Assembly (NCBI RefSeq): GCF_020745735.1
Contig: NW_026867728.1
Coordinates: 62,001-119,071, forward strand
DNA length: 57,071 bases
Origin: Hemiscyllium ocellatum
Lineage: Eukaryota
Direction: 5' to 3'
The position numbers and the translations under genes are program-made. The notes beneath the pieces are model-generated. The model was not told where the DNA came from. It saw nothing but the letters and a program-made list of their open reading frames with translations, and did no database searches. Positions 11,427 through 23,990 of this stretch are shown one piece after another (the first letter of the stretch is position 1; every line of letters starts with the position of its first letter).

Positions 11427-11915
11427 CCCCAGTGGGAGGCTTAGAAAACAAATTGCTAACCCCCACCCCATCCTGCCACCCCCAATACAACTCCCAACCC
11501 GTTCCTGACTCACACCATACCCCACCCCTAATGCATCCACCCCAATGTGTCCACTCAACCAGATTCCACCCCAGCCACCCCATTCTGCAACCTGTCCCCT
11601 CTAAATGGCCCCTCCAACCCAGCCCCCAACCCATCCCTACCCCACCCACCCCATCCCCCAACCCGATACCTTGACTCCAAACTTATCCCGCCGCCCACCC
11701 CAACCTGTGCCACACACCACACACCCTGTCCCACATCCCCAACTCATCCCCCACTCCATCACCCACCACCACAACCACTTCCCCACCCCATCCCCCACCA
11801 CCAAAAACACCCCCACACCCTAAACTGTACCTCACTCCCCAACCTATGCCCCATCTTCACAACACCCCCCACCCCTCCACCCCATACCTGGTTCCCCCTG
11901 TCCAAAATCCAGTGA
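11427..11915. repeat. C-rich low-complexity tract (cccca/cccac units)
   Basis: Strong C skew with many C3-C6 runs, next to the gap. Confidence 0.85.
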
Positions 11916-11999
11916 GAGTCAGCTCACTCTGGTTCTAACCTTTACTTTCAACATTCTCTGTGTGTGGCACGTCAGCAAACGGTCCTCCAATGATGAACC

Positions 12000-12545
12000 A
12001 ATTCAACACAGCCAGCTGCCAGTTCCGAGGCAGAGCAACATTTCAGTTCATCCACAGTGTCTTTCCAGCTGCAATTCACCTGCTGTTCGCTGCTTCAAGG
12101 ATGCTGACAGCTGTCCCTCCAGCTGATGTGGAAAGGCTGCCTCAGTGTTGATGGGACTTATCAAGGATCACATGGTCAAGGAATCATTTCAAAAATGACC
12201 AAAAGGCTTCCCTCAATAATCCAACATTGATGTCAATGCATGGGAGACCCTCATTCAAATGAAAGCGAGTTGAAGGAAACTCCTGTGTGAAGGGACACAA
12301 TTGTTTGTGAACACCCATCAGCAGACGAAGCATGGAAAAAGAACCACAGAATGGACTTTTAATGATCTCCAGACCAAGGACCAATCTCACCTGTGGGGAA
12401 ACACCTGTCAAATATGTGGTTGGAGATGTGGCTCCAGGATCAGGCTCATCAGTCACACATGGACCCACAGACCCCATGGCCAGTGGCACGGAATTTCCTC
12501 AGTGGATGATCCCACTCATCAGTGAGTAATGACGATGACAATGAA
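12000..12545 (+). mobile_element. RTE-clade LINE 3' fragment
   Basis: NIDVNAWETL...LLCEGTQLF and terminal zinc finger CQICGWRCGSRIRLISHTWTH, followed by a short (GAT/GAC)-type tail. Confidence 0.75.
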
Positions 12546-12619
12546 TTAACCTGCTTTGTCTTTCCAAGCCAGATTCCAACAACATTTGTTCCCTTTTTGT
12601 TTTCTCATCTTTTGTAAAT

Positions 12620-15110
12620 GATGAACTGAGAGCACGGATCAGTCCTTGGAGCTACGATGTTGTGTCCATTATGGAGATTTGGATACCACAGGGGCAGGAA
12701 TGGTTGTTGGACATTCTGGGGTTTGAATGTTTTAAAAGGAACAAGGAGAGAGGTAAAAGGGGTGGGGGGTGGGAGGTGGGAAGTGGCATTGCTAATCAGG
12801 GATAGTATCACAGCTGCAGAAAGGGAGGTCATCCAGGAGGGTTTGCCTTCAGAGTCAGTGTGGGTAGAAGTCAGAAATAGGAAAGGAGCAGTTACTTCAT
12901 TGGGAGCTTTCTATAGACCCCCCCCAATAGCAATAGAGACATGGAGGAGCAGATTGGGAGGCAGATTTTATAAAGGTGCAGAAGTAACAGGGTTGTTGTC
13001 ATGGGTGACGTTAACTTCCCTACTATTAATTGGAATCTCCTTACTGCAAATAGTTTGAATGGAGCAGGATTTGTCAGGTGCATCCAGGAAGGATTCGGAC
13101 TCAATATGTAGATAGGCCGACTAGAAGGGAGGCCATATTCCATTTGGTTCTTGGCAATGAACCCGGTCAGGTGTTAGATCTCGCGGTGGGATAGCATTTC
13201 GGTGATAATGATCACAACTGCCTGACCTTAACTGTAAACAGGTAGCAGATGGTAGAGAAAGTATTTAATTGGGGGAGGGGGAATTACAATGCTATCAGGC
13301 AGGAACTGTGGAGCACAATTTGGGAACAGATATACTCAGGGAAATGCACAACCGAAATGTGGGGGTTATTCAGGGAGCACTTGCTGATAGTGCTGGACAG
13401 TATTGTCCTACTGAGGCAAGGAAGGAATGGTAGGATGATTGAACCTTGGATGACAAGGGAGTAGGACATCTAGTCAAGAGGAAGAAGGAAGCTTACTTCA
13501 GGTAGAGGAAGCAAGGATCAGGCAGGGTTCTGAAGGGTAACAAGGTAGCCAGCAAGGAACTGAGAAATGGAGTGAGAAGAGATGGAAGGGGGCATGATAA
13601 AACCTTGGTGGGTAGGATTAAGGAAAACACCAAGGGGCATTCTACACTTATGTGAGGAACAAGAGGATGGCCCAAGTGAGGATAGGGCTGCTCAGGGATA
13701 GTGGAGGGAATTTGTCCTTGGAGTTGGAGGAGGTAAGAGAGATCATTAATGAATGTTTTGCTTCAGTATTCAATAGAAAGAGGGTCCTTGCCGTTTGTGA
13801 GGACAGTGTGAAGCACGCTGATATACTTGAACAGATTGATGTTAAGAAGGAGGATGTGCTGGAAGTTTTTAAAAAATGTGAGGATGGATAAATCCACTCG
13901 GCCAGAGAGGATGTACCCAAGGTTACTACGGGAAGCGAGGGAACAGATTGCTGTGCCTTTGACGATAATCTTTGTGTCCTCACTGTCCACCGGATTTGTA
14001 TCACATCAATGGAGGGTGTCAAATGTTATTGCCTTGTTCAAGAAAGAAAATATGGATAATCCTGGGAATTACAGACCAGTCAGTATTATATGGTGAGACA
14101 GGATTTATGATTACTTGGAAAACCATAGCTCATAGTACAGTGGCTCAGTAGTTAGCACAGCTGCCTCACAGCACCAGGAACCTGAGTTCGATTTCCGCCT
14201 CGGGTGACTGTCTGTGTGGAGTTTGCACAATCTCCCTGTGTCTGCATTGGTTTCCTCCGGGTGCTCCGGTTTCCTCCCACAATCCAAAGATGTGCAAGTT
14301 AGGTGAATTGGCCATTCTAAATTGCCCATAGTGTTAGGTGCATTAGTCAAGGGTAAATATAGGGTTGGGGAATGGGACTGGGTGGGTTACTCTTAGGGAG
14401 GTTGGTGGGAACTTGTTGGGCCAAAGGTCCTGTTTCCATACTGTAGGAATCTAATCTAATCGTGATTTGTGTGGGGAGGGTCACATTTCACAAGTCTTGT
14501 TGAATTCTTTGAGGGTGTAACAAAACACATTGATGAAGGTACAGCGGTGGATGTGGTGTACATGGATTTTGGCAAGGCACTTGATGAAGCTCCACATGAT
14601 AGGATCATTCAGAAAGTAAGGAGGCATGGGATTCAGGGAGATTTGGCTGTGTGGATATAGAATTGGATGGCCCAAAGAAGACCGAAGGTGCTAGTTGATG
14701 GAAAGTATTCAGCCTGGAGCTCGGTGATCAATGGTGTCCTGCAGGAATCTGTTCTGGGACTTTTGCTCTTTGTGATTTTTATAAATGACTTGGAAGAGGA
14801 AATGCAAGGGTGGGTTAGTAAGTTTGCTGCTGACACGAAGGTTAGTGGAGTTGTGGATGGTGTGCAGGGTTGTTGTAGGTTGCAATGAGACACTGACTGG
14901 ATGCAGAGCCTAGCTGAGAAGTGGCAGACGGAGTTCAACCTGTAAAAGCGTGAAGTGATTCATTTTAGATGGTCGAATTTGAACACAGATTACAGGGTTA
15001 AAGGCAGGATTCTTGGCAGTATGGAGGAGCAGGGGCATCTTGGTGTCCACATCCATAGATGTGTAAAAGTTGGTACCCAAGTTGACAGAATTGTTAAGAA
15101 GGCAGATAAA
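12620..15110 (+). mobile_element. CR1 LINE ORF2 (APE endonuclease plus RT), degenerate, interrupted by a SINE
   Basis: [74 protein letters not shown]. Confidence 0.92.
14135..14461 (+). mobile_element. tRNA-derived SINE (HE1/V-SINE-like)
   Basis: A-box tggctcagtag, B-box gagttcgattt, conserved central body and (aatct)n tail. Confidence 0.9.
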
Positions 15111-15126
15111 GTGAGGACTGGTGTAT

Positions 15127-15490
15127 TGTTATGAAGCTATGGATATACTGTACCTTTAAGAGAGTTAAAAGCTAGTAGTCACGGCACTAAGTGTTCTCAG
15201 TAAGATACAACATAACATGAGGACAAGCTATTGGGGTAGCTAGGGTAGCTGGTTGCCTGAAGACAAAAACAGATTTGAATTAGGCCAAATTATAAACCAA
15301 ATAAAACAAACTCCAATCCAGTTTGAATTTCGCATATTGACATTCTGAAAAGCCAATGATACAATCTGATGCTTTGATGTGAAAAGAACAGGGAAAATTG
15401 AACAGTTTAGAGGGGAACTGCCAAGCCAATGACTTCTGCAAACTGCCCAGAGAATAGCTTTCTTCAAGGTATCTTTATTGATCCGTAACC
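15127..15490 (+). mobile_element. Shorter or partial LTR related to 10113-10886
   Basis: Starts tgttatgaag...tactgtacctttaagagag like 10113 and shares a tgaatt...caatctgat block. Confidence 0.6.
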
Positions 15491-16960
15491 TGTGGAGCAG
15501 AATCCCACTGTGTTGATGCTTCACACTCTCTCTGTTACAGTGTCTGAAATGGATGGTGATTGGTCAGTTCGAGTACAGCCAGTACCTGGAGCAGACGCTT
15601 GCTGGGCCTGATTCATCTTGGGAATACTGGATGGCCCTGGATCATTCTGAAAAACACACAAGGAACATAAGTATTCAGAGGAAGCTAATGACATATTCCC
15701 AGTAACAAGAATCCTATCTTTTTGCTTATTCCCTCACAGGTCATGGGTCGGGCTCCTAGCTGTCCATGAGAAGGTGGTGGGGAACTGTTGCTGGATCAAA
15801 TCCCTGGAGTTCGCTCCCTAAGGACTCTGTGGCTCAAACTATAACACACGGACTGCAGTGTTTCATAAAGGCAGCTGACCATCAACTTCTCAAGGGCAAC
15901 TAAGAATAAATGCTGACCCAACAAGATTTGCTCACATCTAGAAATTAAATTTAAAAGATTTTCAAATCACCCATGTCAGCCTTGAAAAAGTGGTCACCAT
16001 AAACAGCCTTGCCTTGCCTACCCAGGTGTAGTCAGCAGCTGTAACACAGGGAGGGCTATGCAGACACAGTCAGGAATCACAGTGACAGATCATTCCAGGC
16101 AGCTCTGGGTCAGCTTTGAGCAACTAGTCACAGGGCAGGGAGGGAGGGTGTTGGAGATGAGGGGAAAGTTCCTGCAGGGGCCTCCCATCTGCTGCAAATT
16201 TGTAGGAAGTTACAAGGCTTGGAAATCTTGGAAAGTGGAGGATGATGCGCAAATCACATCCACACCCAATGGAAATTCAGCTGCTTGGAGAGCAAAAGAG
16301 GAAGTAATAGGTTTCACAAAAACTTCCATTTTATACTCAGCACTTACTGCAGATGATAACATTTCAATTATTCCCTTCATAAAACATTAATTACAATTCA
16401 AAGTATGCATGGTAATAAAAATGAGCAATAGTTTAGTTTTCCACGGAGGTGAATTGCAGGTTAATTTGGGGAAGGGAGATCACAGGTGATTCTGGAGCTA
16501 GAGATTTGCCTACAGCTGGAAATTAACAAATTCTGTTGAGAATTTATTAACCTGTCATGGTTTATGGAGATCACTTTCCCACTCTAAGTGTTTGAGCAGT
16601 TTCCTAAAAGGACAAACCACATTAGCAGCTCATCAGCAGGAAGCTGCATTCAGTAAGAGATATTCAATTCATCTCTGAACCAGAGCCTCTCTAGCACTAC
16701 CCTTGTATCAATCACTAATTACCCGACCTTTTCAAAGGTGGAGTGTGCTCGATTTGCCTATGAACACCCTAAAGAGACAAAAATGATCAGTAAATATTTT
16801 GGTGAGTGATGAACAAATCTGTTCCATTCTCTCCACAACTGGAAGTGTCTCAAATGAAGCTGTCCCTTATCAACAATATCTACATATCACACAGTCAGAC
16901 ACAAAGATCTCCAGAATCTAATGTGGGACCTAAACCCTTTACTCAAGAGTATCCTACACA

Positions 16961-18001
16961 ACTGAAAATGTGTTGCTGGAAAAGTGCAGCAGGTCAGGCA
17001 GCATCCAAGGAGCAGGAGAGTGGATGTTTCGAGCATGAGCCCTTCTTCAGGAATGAGGAAAGTGTCCAGCGGGCTAAGATAAAAGGTAGGGAGGAGGGAC
17101 TTGGGGAAGGGACGTTGGAAATGCAATCGGTGGAAGGAGGTCAAGGTGAGGGTGATAGGCCGGAGTGTGGGTGGGAGCGCAGAGGTCAGGAAGAAGATTG
17201 CAGGTTAGGAAGGCGGTGCTGAGTTCAAGGGATTTGACTGAGACAAGGTGGGGGAGGGGAAATGAGGAAACTGGAGAAATCTGAGTTCATCCCTTGTCTT
17301 TGAAGGCTTTCTAGGCAGAAGATGAGGCGCTCTTCCTCCAGCCAGCGTGTTGCGATGGTCTGGCGATGGATGAGTCCGATGACCTGCATGTCCTTGGCGG
17401 AGTGGGTGGGTTAATTGAATTGTTGAGCCACGGGGTGGTTGGGTTGGTTGGTCTGGGTGTCCCAGAGGTGTTCTCTGAAACGTTCCGCAAGTAGGCGGCC
17501 TGTCTCCCCAATATAGAGGAGGCCACATCGGGTACAGTGGATGCAGTAAATGATGTGTGTGGAGGTGCAGGTGAATCTGTGGCAGATATGGAAGGATCCC
17601 TTGGGGCGTTCGAGGGAAGTAAGGGGGGAGATGTGGGCGCAAGTTTTGCATTTCTTGCGGTTGCAGGGGAAGGTGCCGGGAGTGGAGGTTGGATTGGTGG
17701 GGGGTGTGGACCTGACGAGGGAGTCACGGAGGGAGTCGTCTTTTCGGAACACTGATAGGGGAGGGGAGGAAAATATATCCCTGGTGGTGGGGTCCGTTTG
17801 GAAGTGGTGGAAATGACGACAGATGGTACAATGTATATGGAGGTTGGTGGGGTGGTAGGTGAGGACCAGTGGGGTTCTGTCCTGGTGTCGATTGGAGGGG
17901 CGGGGCTCAAGGGGAGAGGAGCGGGAAGTGGAGGAGATGCAGTGGAGGGCATCATCAATCACATCTGGAGGGAAATTGCAATCTTTGAAGAAGGAGGCCA
18001 T
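16961..18001 (-). mobile_element. Penelope-like element (Neptune-type), GIY-YIG endonuclease end plus pLTR tail
   Basis: CNRKKCKTC linker, YCIHCTRCGLLYIGETGRLLAERFREHL. TSD-like gagtatcctacaca (16947-16960) / gaatatcctacata (18002-18015). Confidence 0.93.
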
Positions 18002-19756
18002 GAATATCCTACATAGCTCAGTCCAAGATCAGTAATTGACCAAGTCAGATTGCACTGTTTTAAAATAATTACTGGGGTGAGGCATCAAATGTAGGAAGGT
18101 GTGTTCAGTAAAAGAGCAGAGATAAATTAAGATAGAAAGGTATTAATATTGTTATAATCCCAGCTGATGTTATTACTGACAAATCAGATCCCAGATGTGG
18201 AACCTGGCTTGCTAGATCATATTTAGATTATTCTTGGTTTCCAATGAAATGTTCTCTCTGTGAAAGATAAGCACATAATGCTGCATGGATTGCTTTAATA
18301 ATAAAATACAAGTTTATTCAGAATCAAAATGACAAAATAAAATAAACAAAACTGTCTACTTCTGACGCAAATCCAAAGATGTTTAAAATGTATGCTACAA
18401 ATATAATTCCATTTATGCCAAAACACTCTTTTACAAATTAAATTCAATGTAAAGCTTTTTCATCATACCCAAAGCTTTTCACTGGGACAGTGACTAAAAT
18501 CACACATCATATAGTAACCAAAAACACTACTTGTGCAATACTTATACCAGAATCCCTGTTTCTATCACTTCAGTAGATATAAGCCACTTGCAATTTTAAC
18601 TTATTGGTTAACATTGAGGTTTTTACAGGAACTAGGATACAGTTGAGTTCAAATGCACTGAGTTTCAAGTAACCTCTTCAGGGTTTTGTCCCAACATTTC
18701 TGGACTGTGATTAACATTAACTCCTCACTTGAAGGTAAAGTAAATTACTATGTTCTTCCCTTCACAGGTGCCATATTCATCCAAGCATTTCATAACATTG
18801 CACAAACCAAGAGTAAAACTAAGGATAAAAACTCTTCCTCCAAATTATAGCTGTATCCCTGAAGCTTAAAAATAAAGTTCCAGAAAGTTCTAACAAACCT
18901 TGAGGGCCCATTATTTATCTTCCTGGGCTACAGAACAATCTAAGATAAACAAAAATCCATCAATTCTAAAGCTTGTCCCCAAAAACTCTTCTCTGAAGAA
19001 ATCACCATGGCTACAGCAATACTAAGCCAATTATTAACCTTAGAGACACAGAAAATCCACATGTTGCTCACTTAAAAATAAAAATCTCAAACTGGGAATG
19101 AATAACCTTAAATACACCGAGTTGGACGAGAGGGTAAACTATGGAGAGGATACAGACACTTCAGTGCAATTTGGATCAGTTCAGTGAGTGTGCAAATATA
19201 TTGCAGTTGAAGTATAATGTGGTTAAGTATGAGATCATCCACTTTGGGAGCAAAAACAGGAACAAGACAAAATGCAACCACAAAACAAGTCCTCCACAGC
19301 CATTCATGCACAAGATACTTTCAACCAACTTGAAGGCAGCTCTTGTATGAAGGAATACAATTCTTTTAAAATACCTACAGAAAAGAGGAAGTATGGAAAA
19401 GGAACCAGAAAAAGGAATACCAGTGACCCGTGGCCAAGGATAAATTCCAAAAGTGTGGAAGGATTAGCGGTTGCAGGATTATGTTCATCAGCCACACAAT
19501 GACCCACAAAACCCACAAGCAATGACATGGAATTTCCAAATGCAGAAACCCAGATAAATGTAGATGGGTAAAGGTAGTCCAGATGAGGAGTACTTCGAAT
19601 ATTTTTGGTATCATTCTGGAGCCAAAAGTACATCAGACCCTTCAAGACTTGTTATTCTGCAATAAGATAAAATTAATAAATAAAATGTAAACAAAGATAC
19701 CCCGAGGTAGCAATGATACTAATATGACTGAATTTTACAGTTTTAGGGAGGAAACC

Positions 19757-20630
19757 ATGGATCCAAGCCTGTTACGCCACCTCCAAACGGACCCCACCAC
19801 CAAGGATATATTTCCCTCCCCTCCCCTATCAGCGTTCCGCAAGGACCACTCCCTTCGTGACTCCCTTGTCAGATCCACACCCCCCACCAACCCAACCTCC
19901 ACCCCCGGCACCTTCCCCTGCAACCGCAGGAAATGTAAAACTTGCGCCCACACCTCCACACTCACTTCCCTCCAAGGCCCCAAGGGATCCTTCCATATCC
20001 GCCACAAGTTCACCTGTACCTCCACACACATCATCTATTGCATCCGCTGCACCCGATGTGGCCTCCTCTATATTGGTGAGACAGGCCGCTTACTTGCGGA
20101 ACGCTTCAGAGAACACCTCTGGGCCGCCCGAACCAACCAACCCAATCACCCCGTGGCTCAACACTTTAACTCCCCCTCCCACTCCACCGAGGACATGCAG
20201 GTCCTCGGACTCCTCCACCGGCAGAACACAACTACACGACGGCTGGAGGAGGAGCGCCTCATCTTCCGCCTGGGAACCCTCCAACCACAAGGTATGAATT
20301 CAGATTTCTCCAGCTTCCTCATTTCCCCTCCCCCCACCTTGTCTCAGTCGGTTCCCTCAACTCAGCACCGCCCTCCTAACCTGCAATCCTCTTCCTGACC
20401 TCTCCGCCCCCACCCCACTCCGGCCTATCACCCTCACCTTGACCTCCTTCCACCTATCCCACCTCCATCGCCCCTCCCCCTAGTCCCTCCTCCCTACCTT
20501 TTATCTCAGCCTGCTTGGCTCTCTCTCTCTTATTCCTGATGAAGGGCTTATGCTCGAAACGTTGAATTCTCTATTCCTGAGATGCTGCCTAACCTGCTGT
20601 GCTTTGACCAGCAACACATTTGCAGCGTAC
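19757..20630 (+). mobile_element. Penelope-like element (Neptune-type) with uninterrupted GIY-YIG ORF end and pLTR tail
   Basis: About 210 open codons: CNRRKCKTC...YCIRCTRCGLLYIGETGRLLAERFREH...HFN...H...GTLQPQGMN. Hammerhead motif at 20532-20567. Confidence 0.95.
20532..20567 (+). ncRNA. Minimal hammerhead ribozyme motif (family A, GUU variant)
   Basis: ATTC-CTGATGA-a-GGGC(ttat)GCTC-GAA-ACGT-T-GAAT. Confidence 0.6.
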
Positions 20631-20989
20631 GTTAAACTAAAATAAGGATAATTATGAGAGTATGAAAGCAGAACGAGTTGAATTGAACTGATAAATGAGG
20701 TGAAGGGAATGATCAATGGATATAGTGGCAGATATTAAAGGGGATAAATATTTCAATGAGAAAGAGAAATTGCAAGGGGCGGGACCCAGCATTTGGAGGG
20801 AAACGCAAAAAGAAATGAAGTATTGAAATGAAAGAAAAAGAAAATAATCACACAAAGCAAAGAAACAGGTCTGAAGATTGAACAGAATATAAAAGGCACA
20901 GGAATCAATGGCTCCAAGATGTGCAAAAAGGGAAAACTTAATGTACGAGATAAAATCATGTTGAAATATGTATTTCTATGAAGACTTTA

Positions 20990-21640
20990 GAAACAAATAC
21001 AACATGAGTCAGTCTGCAGAATTAATCATGGAAATGGCAGATGAATTCAAATAATTTTTGCATCTGCAAGAAAATTACAATCCCCAGAGAAATGACACTG
21101 AGTTAATCATTGAAGCTGTGGGCTGGCAACTTCCCGGGTCCCTGATGGAGGGGATCTTGGGTCTTTAAGGTGTCGCTGCTGGGAAAGTTGACCAATTGCT
21201 TTAAATTCCCAAAGTTCTCGAGGTTCAGGGGATGTCCCATTCCTTTCAAGAATAGTGAATGCAAGTCATTTATTCAAAAAGGGAAGAAGGCAGAAAGTAG
21301 AAAACAACAGGTCAGTTTGTTTATCTATCAGAGTGAAAATGCTAGAAATTAATATTGAAGGCGTTATAGCAGGTCACTTTGTGAAAATGAAATGTACAGC
21401 AGATAAAGGACAACATGTGGATACATTGAGCTTATATTTCCAGAAGGCATTTGTTAACATAGAAAATAGGAGGCTGGAGGAGGCCATTCGGCCCTTTAAG
21501 CATGTTTCACCTTTCAATCTGATCGTTACTGATTGTCCAACTCAGGACCTTGTTCTGGTTTTCTTTGACATCTTTAATCTGAAGAACTCGATCTAACTCC
21601 TTCTTAAAGTATTCAACGTTTTAGCCTCAACTGTTTTCTG
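20990..21640 (+). mobile_element. Old CR1 fragments
   Basis: MADEFK..FAS-like piece, RPVSL-like piece and YFQKAF motif. Confidence 0.55.
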
Positions 21641-21641
21641 T

Positions 21642-21961
21642 TTAGATTCCTTACAGTGTGGAAACAGGCCCTTCAACCCAACAAGTCCACATTGACCCTC
21701 TGACGAACATCCCACCCAAACCCATTCCCCTACATTTACCCCTGACTAATGCATCCAACACTACGAACAATTCAGCATGGCCAATTCACCTGACCTTCAC
21801 ATCTTTGGACTGTGGGAGTAAATCGGGTCACCTGGAGGAAACCCACGCAGACACGGGGAGAATGTGCAAAATCCACACAGATAGTTGCCAGAGATGGGAA
21901 TTGAACCCGGGTCCCTGGCGCTGTGAGGCAGCAGTGCTAACCACTGAGCCACTGTGCCACC
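21642..21961 (-). mobile_element. tRNA-derived SINE (HE1/V-SINE-like)
   Basis: Reverse complement of the SINE body with A and B boxes. Confidence 0.9.
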
Positions 21962-21969
21962 TGCAGTAA

Positions 21970-22350
21970 TGTATTCCTTATGCTTTCTGTGAGGAAATGA
22001 ATTTCTCCTTCATCTCTGTCCTAAATGACCTACCCCATATCCTTAGCCAGTGACCCCTTGGTTCTGGAATCCTCAGTCATCGGGAACATCTTTCTTGCAT
22101 TTACTGTGTCTAGTCTTTGCTAAAATTTCATACGTTTTCCTGAGATCCCTCATACTTAATCACAAGTTTCACTTTCCCATACTAAGCAAAGAGGCTTTGA
22201 TCTCATGACACTTCATGTGTTCATCCAAATACTTTATAAAGCCTGTGAGCCTTCCTGCATCTCGTAAAGTCCCAGGCAATGCATTCCAGAATCCCACCAC
22301 CCCCTGAGTGAAAACATTTTGCCTGAAACTCCCTCTGAACCTCCTACCTT
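21970..22350 (-). mobile_element. CR1 3' end fragment
   Basis: RRFRGSFRQNVFTQGVVGFWNALP. Confidence 0.75.
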
Positions 22351-22520
22351 TCATATTAAAGTTATGCCATTTTGTCATTGTGAAGTTTGTAAGTCACTGG
22401 GAACCAGAAATTCCACATTCGGGAGGCAGAGGTAAAATTCTGGACAGGAACACTTCATTGATGATGCTCACACCTCCACAACTGTCTCCTTACTGAGCCC
22501 CTGGCACCACACCCTGCAAG

Positions 22521-22948
22521 GGAAAAACAATGGCTGCAGATGCTGGAAACCAGATTCTGGAGTAGAGTGGTGCTGGAAAAGCACAGCAGTTCAGGCAGCA
22601 TCCGATGAGCAGGGAAATTGACGTTTGGGGCAAAAGCTCTTCATCAGGAATACAGGCAGAGTGCCTGAAGGTTGGAGAGATAAATGAGAGGAGGGTGGGG
22701 GGTGGGGGGGAGAAAGTAGCAGAGAGTACAATAAGTGAATGGGGGTGGGGATGAGGGTGATAGGTCAGGGAGGAGGGCGGGAGAAGGTAGCAAGGGGTAC
22801 AATGGGTGGATGGGGGTGGGATGAAGGTGATAGGTCAGAGAGGAGGGTGGAGTGGATAGGTGGAAAAGAAGATAGGTCAGTAGGACAGGTCATGGGGACA
22901 GTGCTGAGCTGGAAGTTTGGAACTGGGATGAGGTGGGAGAAGGGGAAA
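22521..22948 (-). mobile_element. Penelope pLTR/tail fragment with 12-bp TSD
   Basis: Tail aatggctgcagatgctggaaacc...; TSD acaccctgcaag on both sides; decayed hammerhead motif. Confidence 0.85.
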
Positions 22949-23059
22949 TGACACCCTGCAAGTCACCTAACCAGCTTTCTTAAAGGGGCAGCATCTAACC
23001 AGATTTGTTTTAAACAAATCCCACCAAGGCTGGATTCAAACGAGTGTGGCAGGAAGGAT

Positions 23060-23385
23060 CTCTGAAAAACAATGGAATCAAGGGGGGTCATGGGTCAAAC
23101 TCTCCATAGGTTAGAGTTCCAAAGGAAGATGGTCGTGGTTCTGGGACATCAGTTATCTCATCTCTGCAGGAGTTCCTCAGGACATTCCCCCAGGCCCAAA
23201 CATCCCCAGCTGTTTCATCAATGACCTTCCCTCCATCATAAGGTCTGAAGTGGGGACCTTACTCGATGATTATACAATGTTTAGCATCATTTACAAATCC
23301 TCAATTTACTGAAGCAGTTCATGTTCAAATCCAACAAGATCTGGAGAATATCTGGGCTTGGGATGACAAGTGGTGAATAACATCC
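23060..23385 (+). mobile_element. CR1/L2-group LINE RT fragment abutting the V-exon remnant
   Basis: gcaggagttcctcagg...ctgtttcatcaatgaccttccctccatcataaggtctgaagtgggg; same family as 4050-5770. Confidence 0.8.
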
Positions 23386-23386
23386 T

Positions 23387-23480
23387 AGCAGAATCCGCTG
23401 TGAGGGGAGAGAGAGAGAGAGGATATGAACACAGCACAGACACCAAACAGTGAGGTAAAACATTGAATCTGTTATATAGT
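23387..23480 (-). pseudogene. Remnant of a paralogous Siglec-like V exon: intact acceptor plus 11 nt of exon, then replaced by LINE sequence
   Basis: Reverse complement ...ctgtgctgtgttcatatcc(tc)n ccctcacag|CGGATTCTGCT is nearly identical to the intron end before 53147 (|CTTTGTCTGCT). The sequence then switches to a LINE RT fragment (23060-23385). Confidence 0.7.
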
Positions 23481-23580
23481 GAGAAAAGATAAAACCGGAC
23501 CTGAAACATTAACTCTGATTTCTCTTCACAGATGCTGCTAATTTCCAGCATCCACAGTTGTTTCAGTTTGTATTTAACAT

Positions 23581-23990
23581 CAGAGTCAAAAGGTGTGGTG
23601 CTGGAAAAGCGCAGCCGGTCAGGCAGCAAACGAGCAGCAGGAGAATCGATGTTTCGGGCATAAGCACTCCATCAGGAATTTGGAGAGTGGGAGGTGGGCT
23701 GAGAGATAAATCGGGGGTGGGGCTGGGGTCACTCAGCCGGGAAGATGATTGGTAGATGCAGGTGGGGGGTGATGGTGATCGCTCAGTGGGGAGGGTGCAG
23801 CGAATAGGTGGGAAGGAGGATGGACAGGGAGGACAGTTCAAGAGGGCGGTGCTGAGTTGGAGAGATGGATCTGGGATGATGCCTGAAACATTGATTATCC
23901 TGCTCCTCAGATACTGCCTGACCTGCTGTGCTCTTCCAATGCCACACTTTTCGACTCTGACCTCCAGTTTCTGCAGTCCTCACTTTGTCT
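23581..23990 (-). mobile_element. Penelope tail with inverted terminal copy and ~15-bp TSD
   Basis: Minus-strand tail 23581-23875 joined to a plus-strand tail 23876-23990. Flanks tttgtatttaacatc / tttgtatttagcatc. Absent from the paralogous intron at about 53040. Confidence 0.8.

Noticed and set aside
11038-11915. Pro/His- and Gly/Trp-rich ORFs
   Set aside because: Artefacts of the N gap and the C-rich low-complexity tract.
16010-16045. Minus-strand micro-exon candidate (ccctgtgttacag|CTGCTGACTACACCTGG|gtaggc)
   Set aside because: 17 nt with mismatched phases and no paralogous or coding support.
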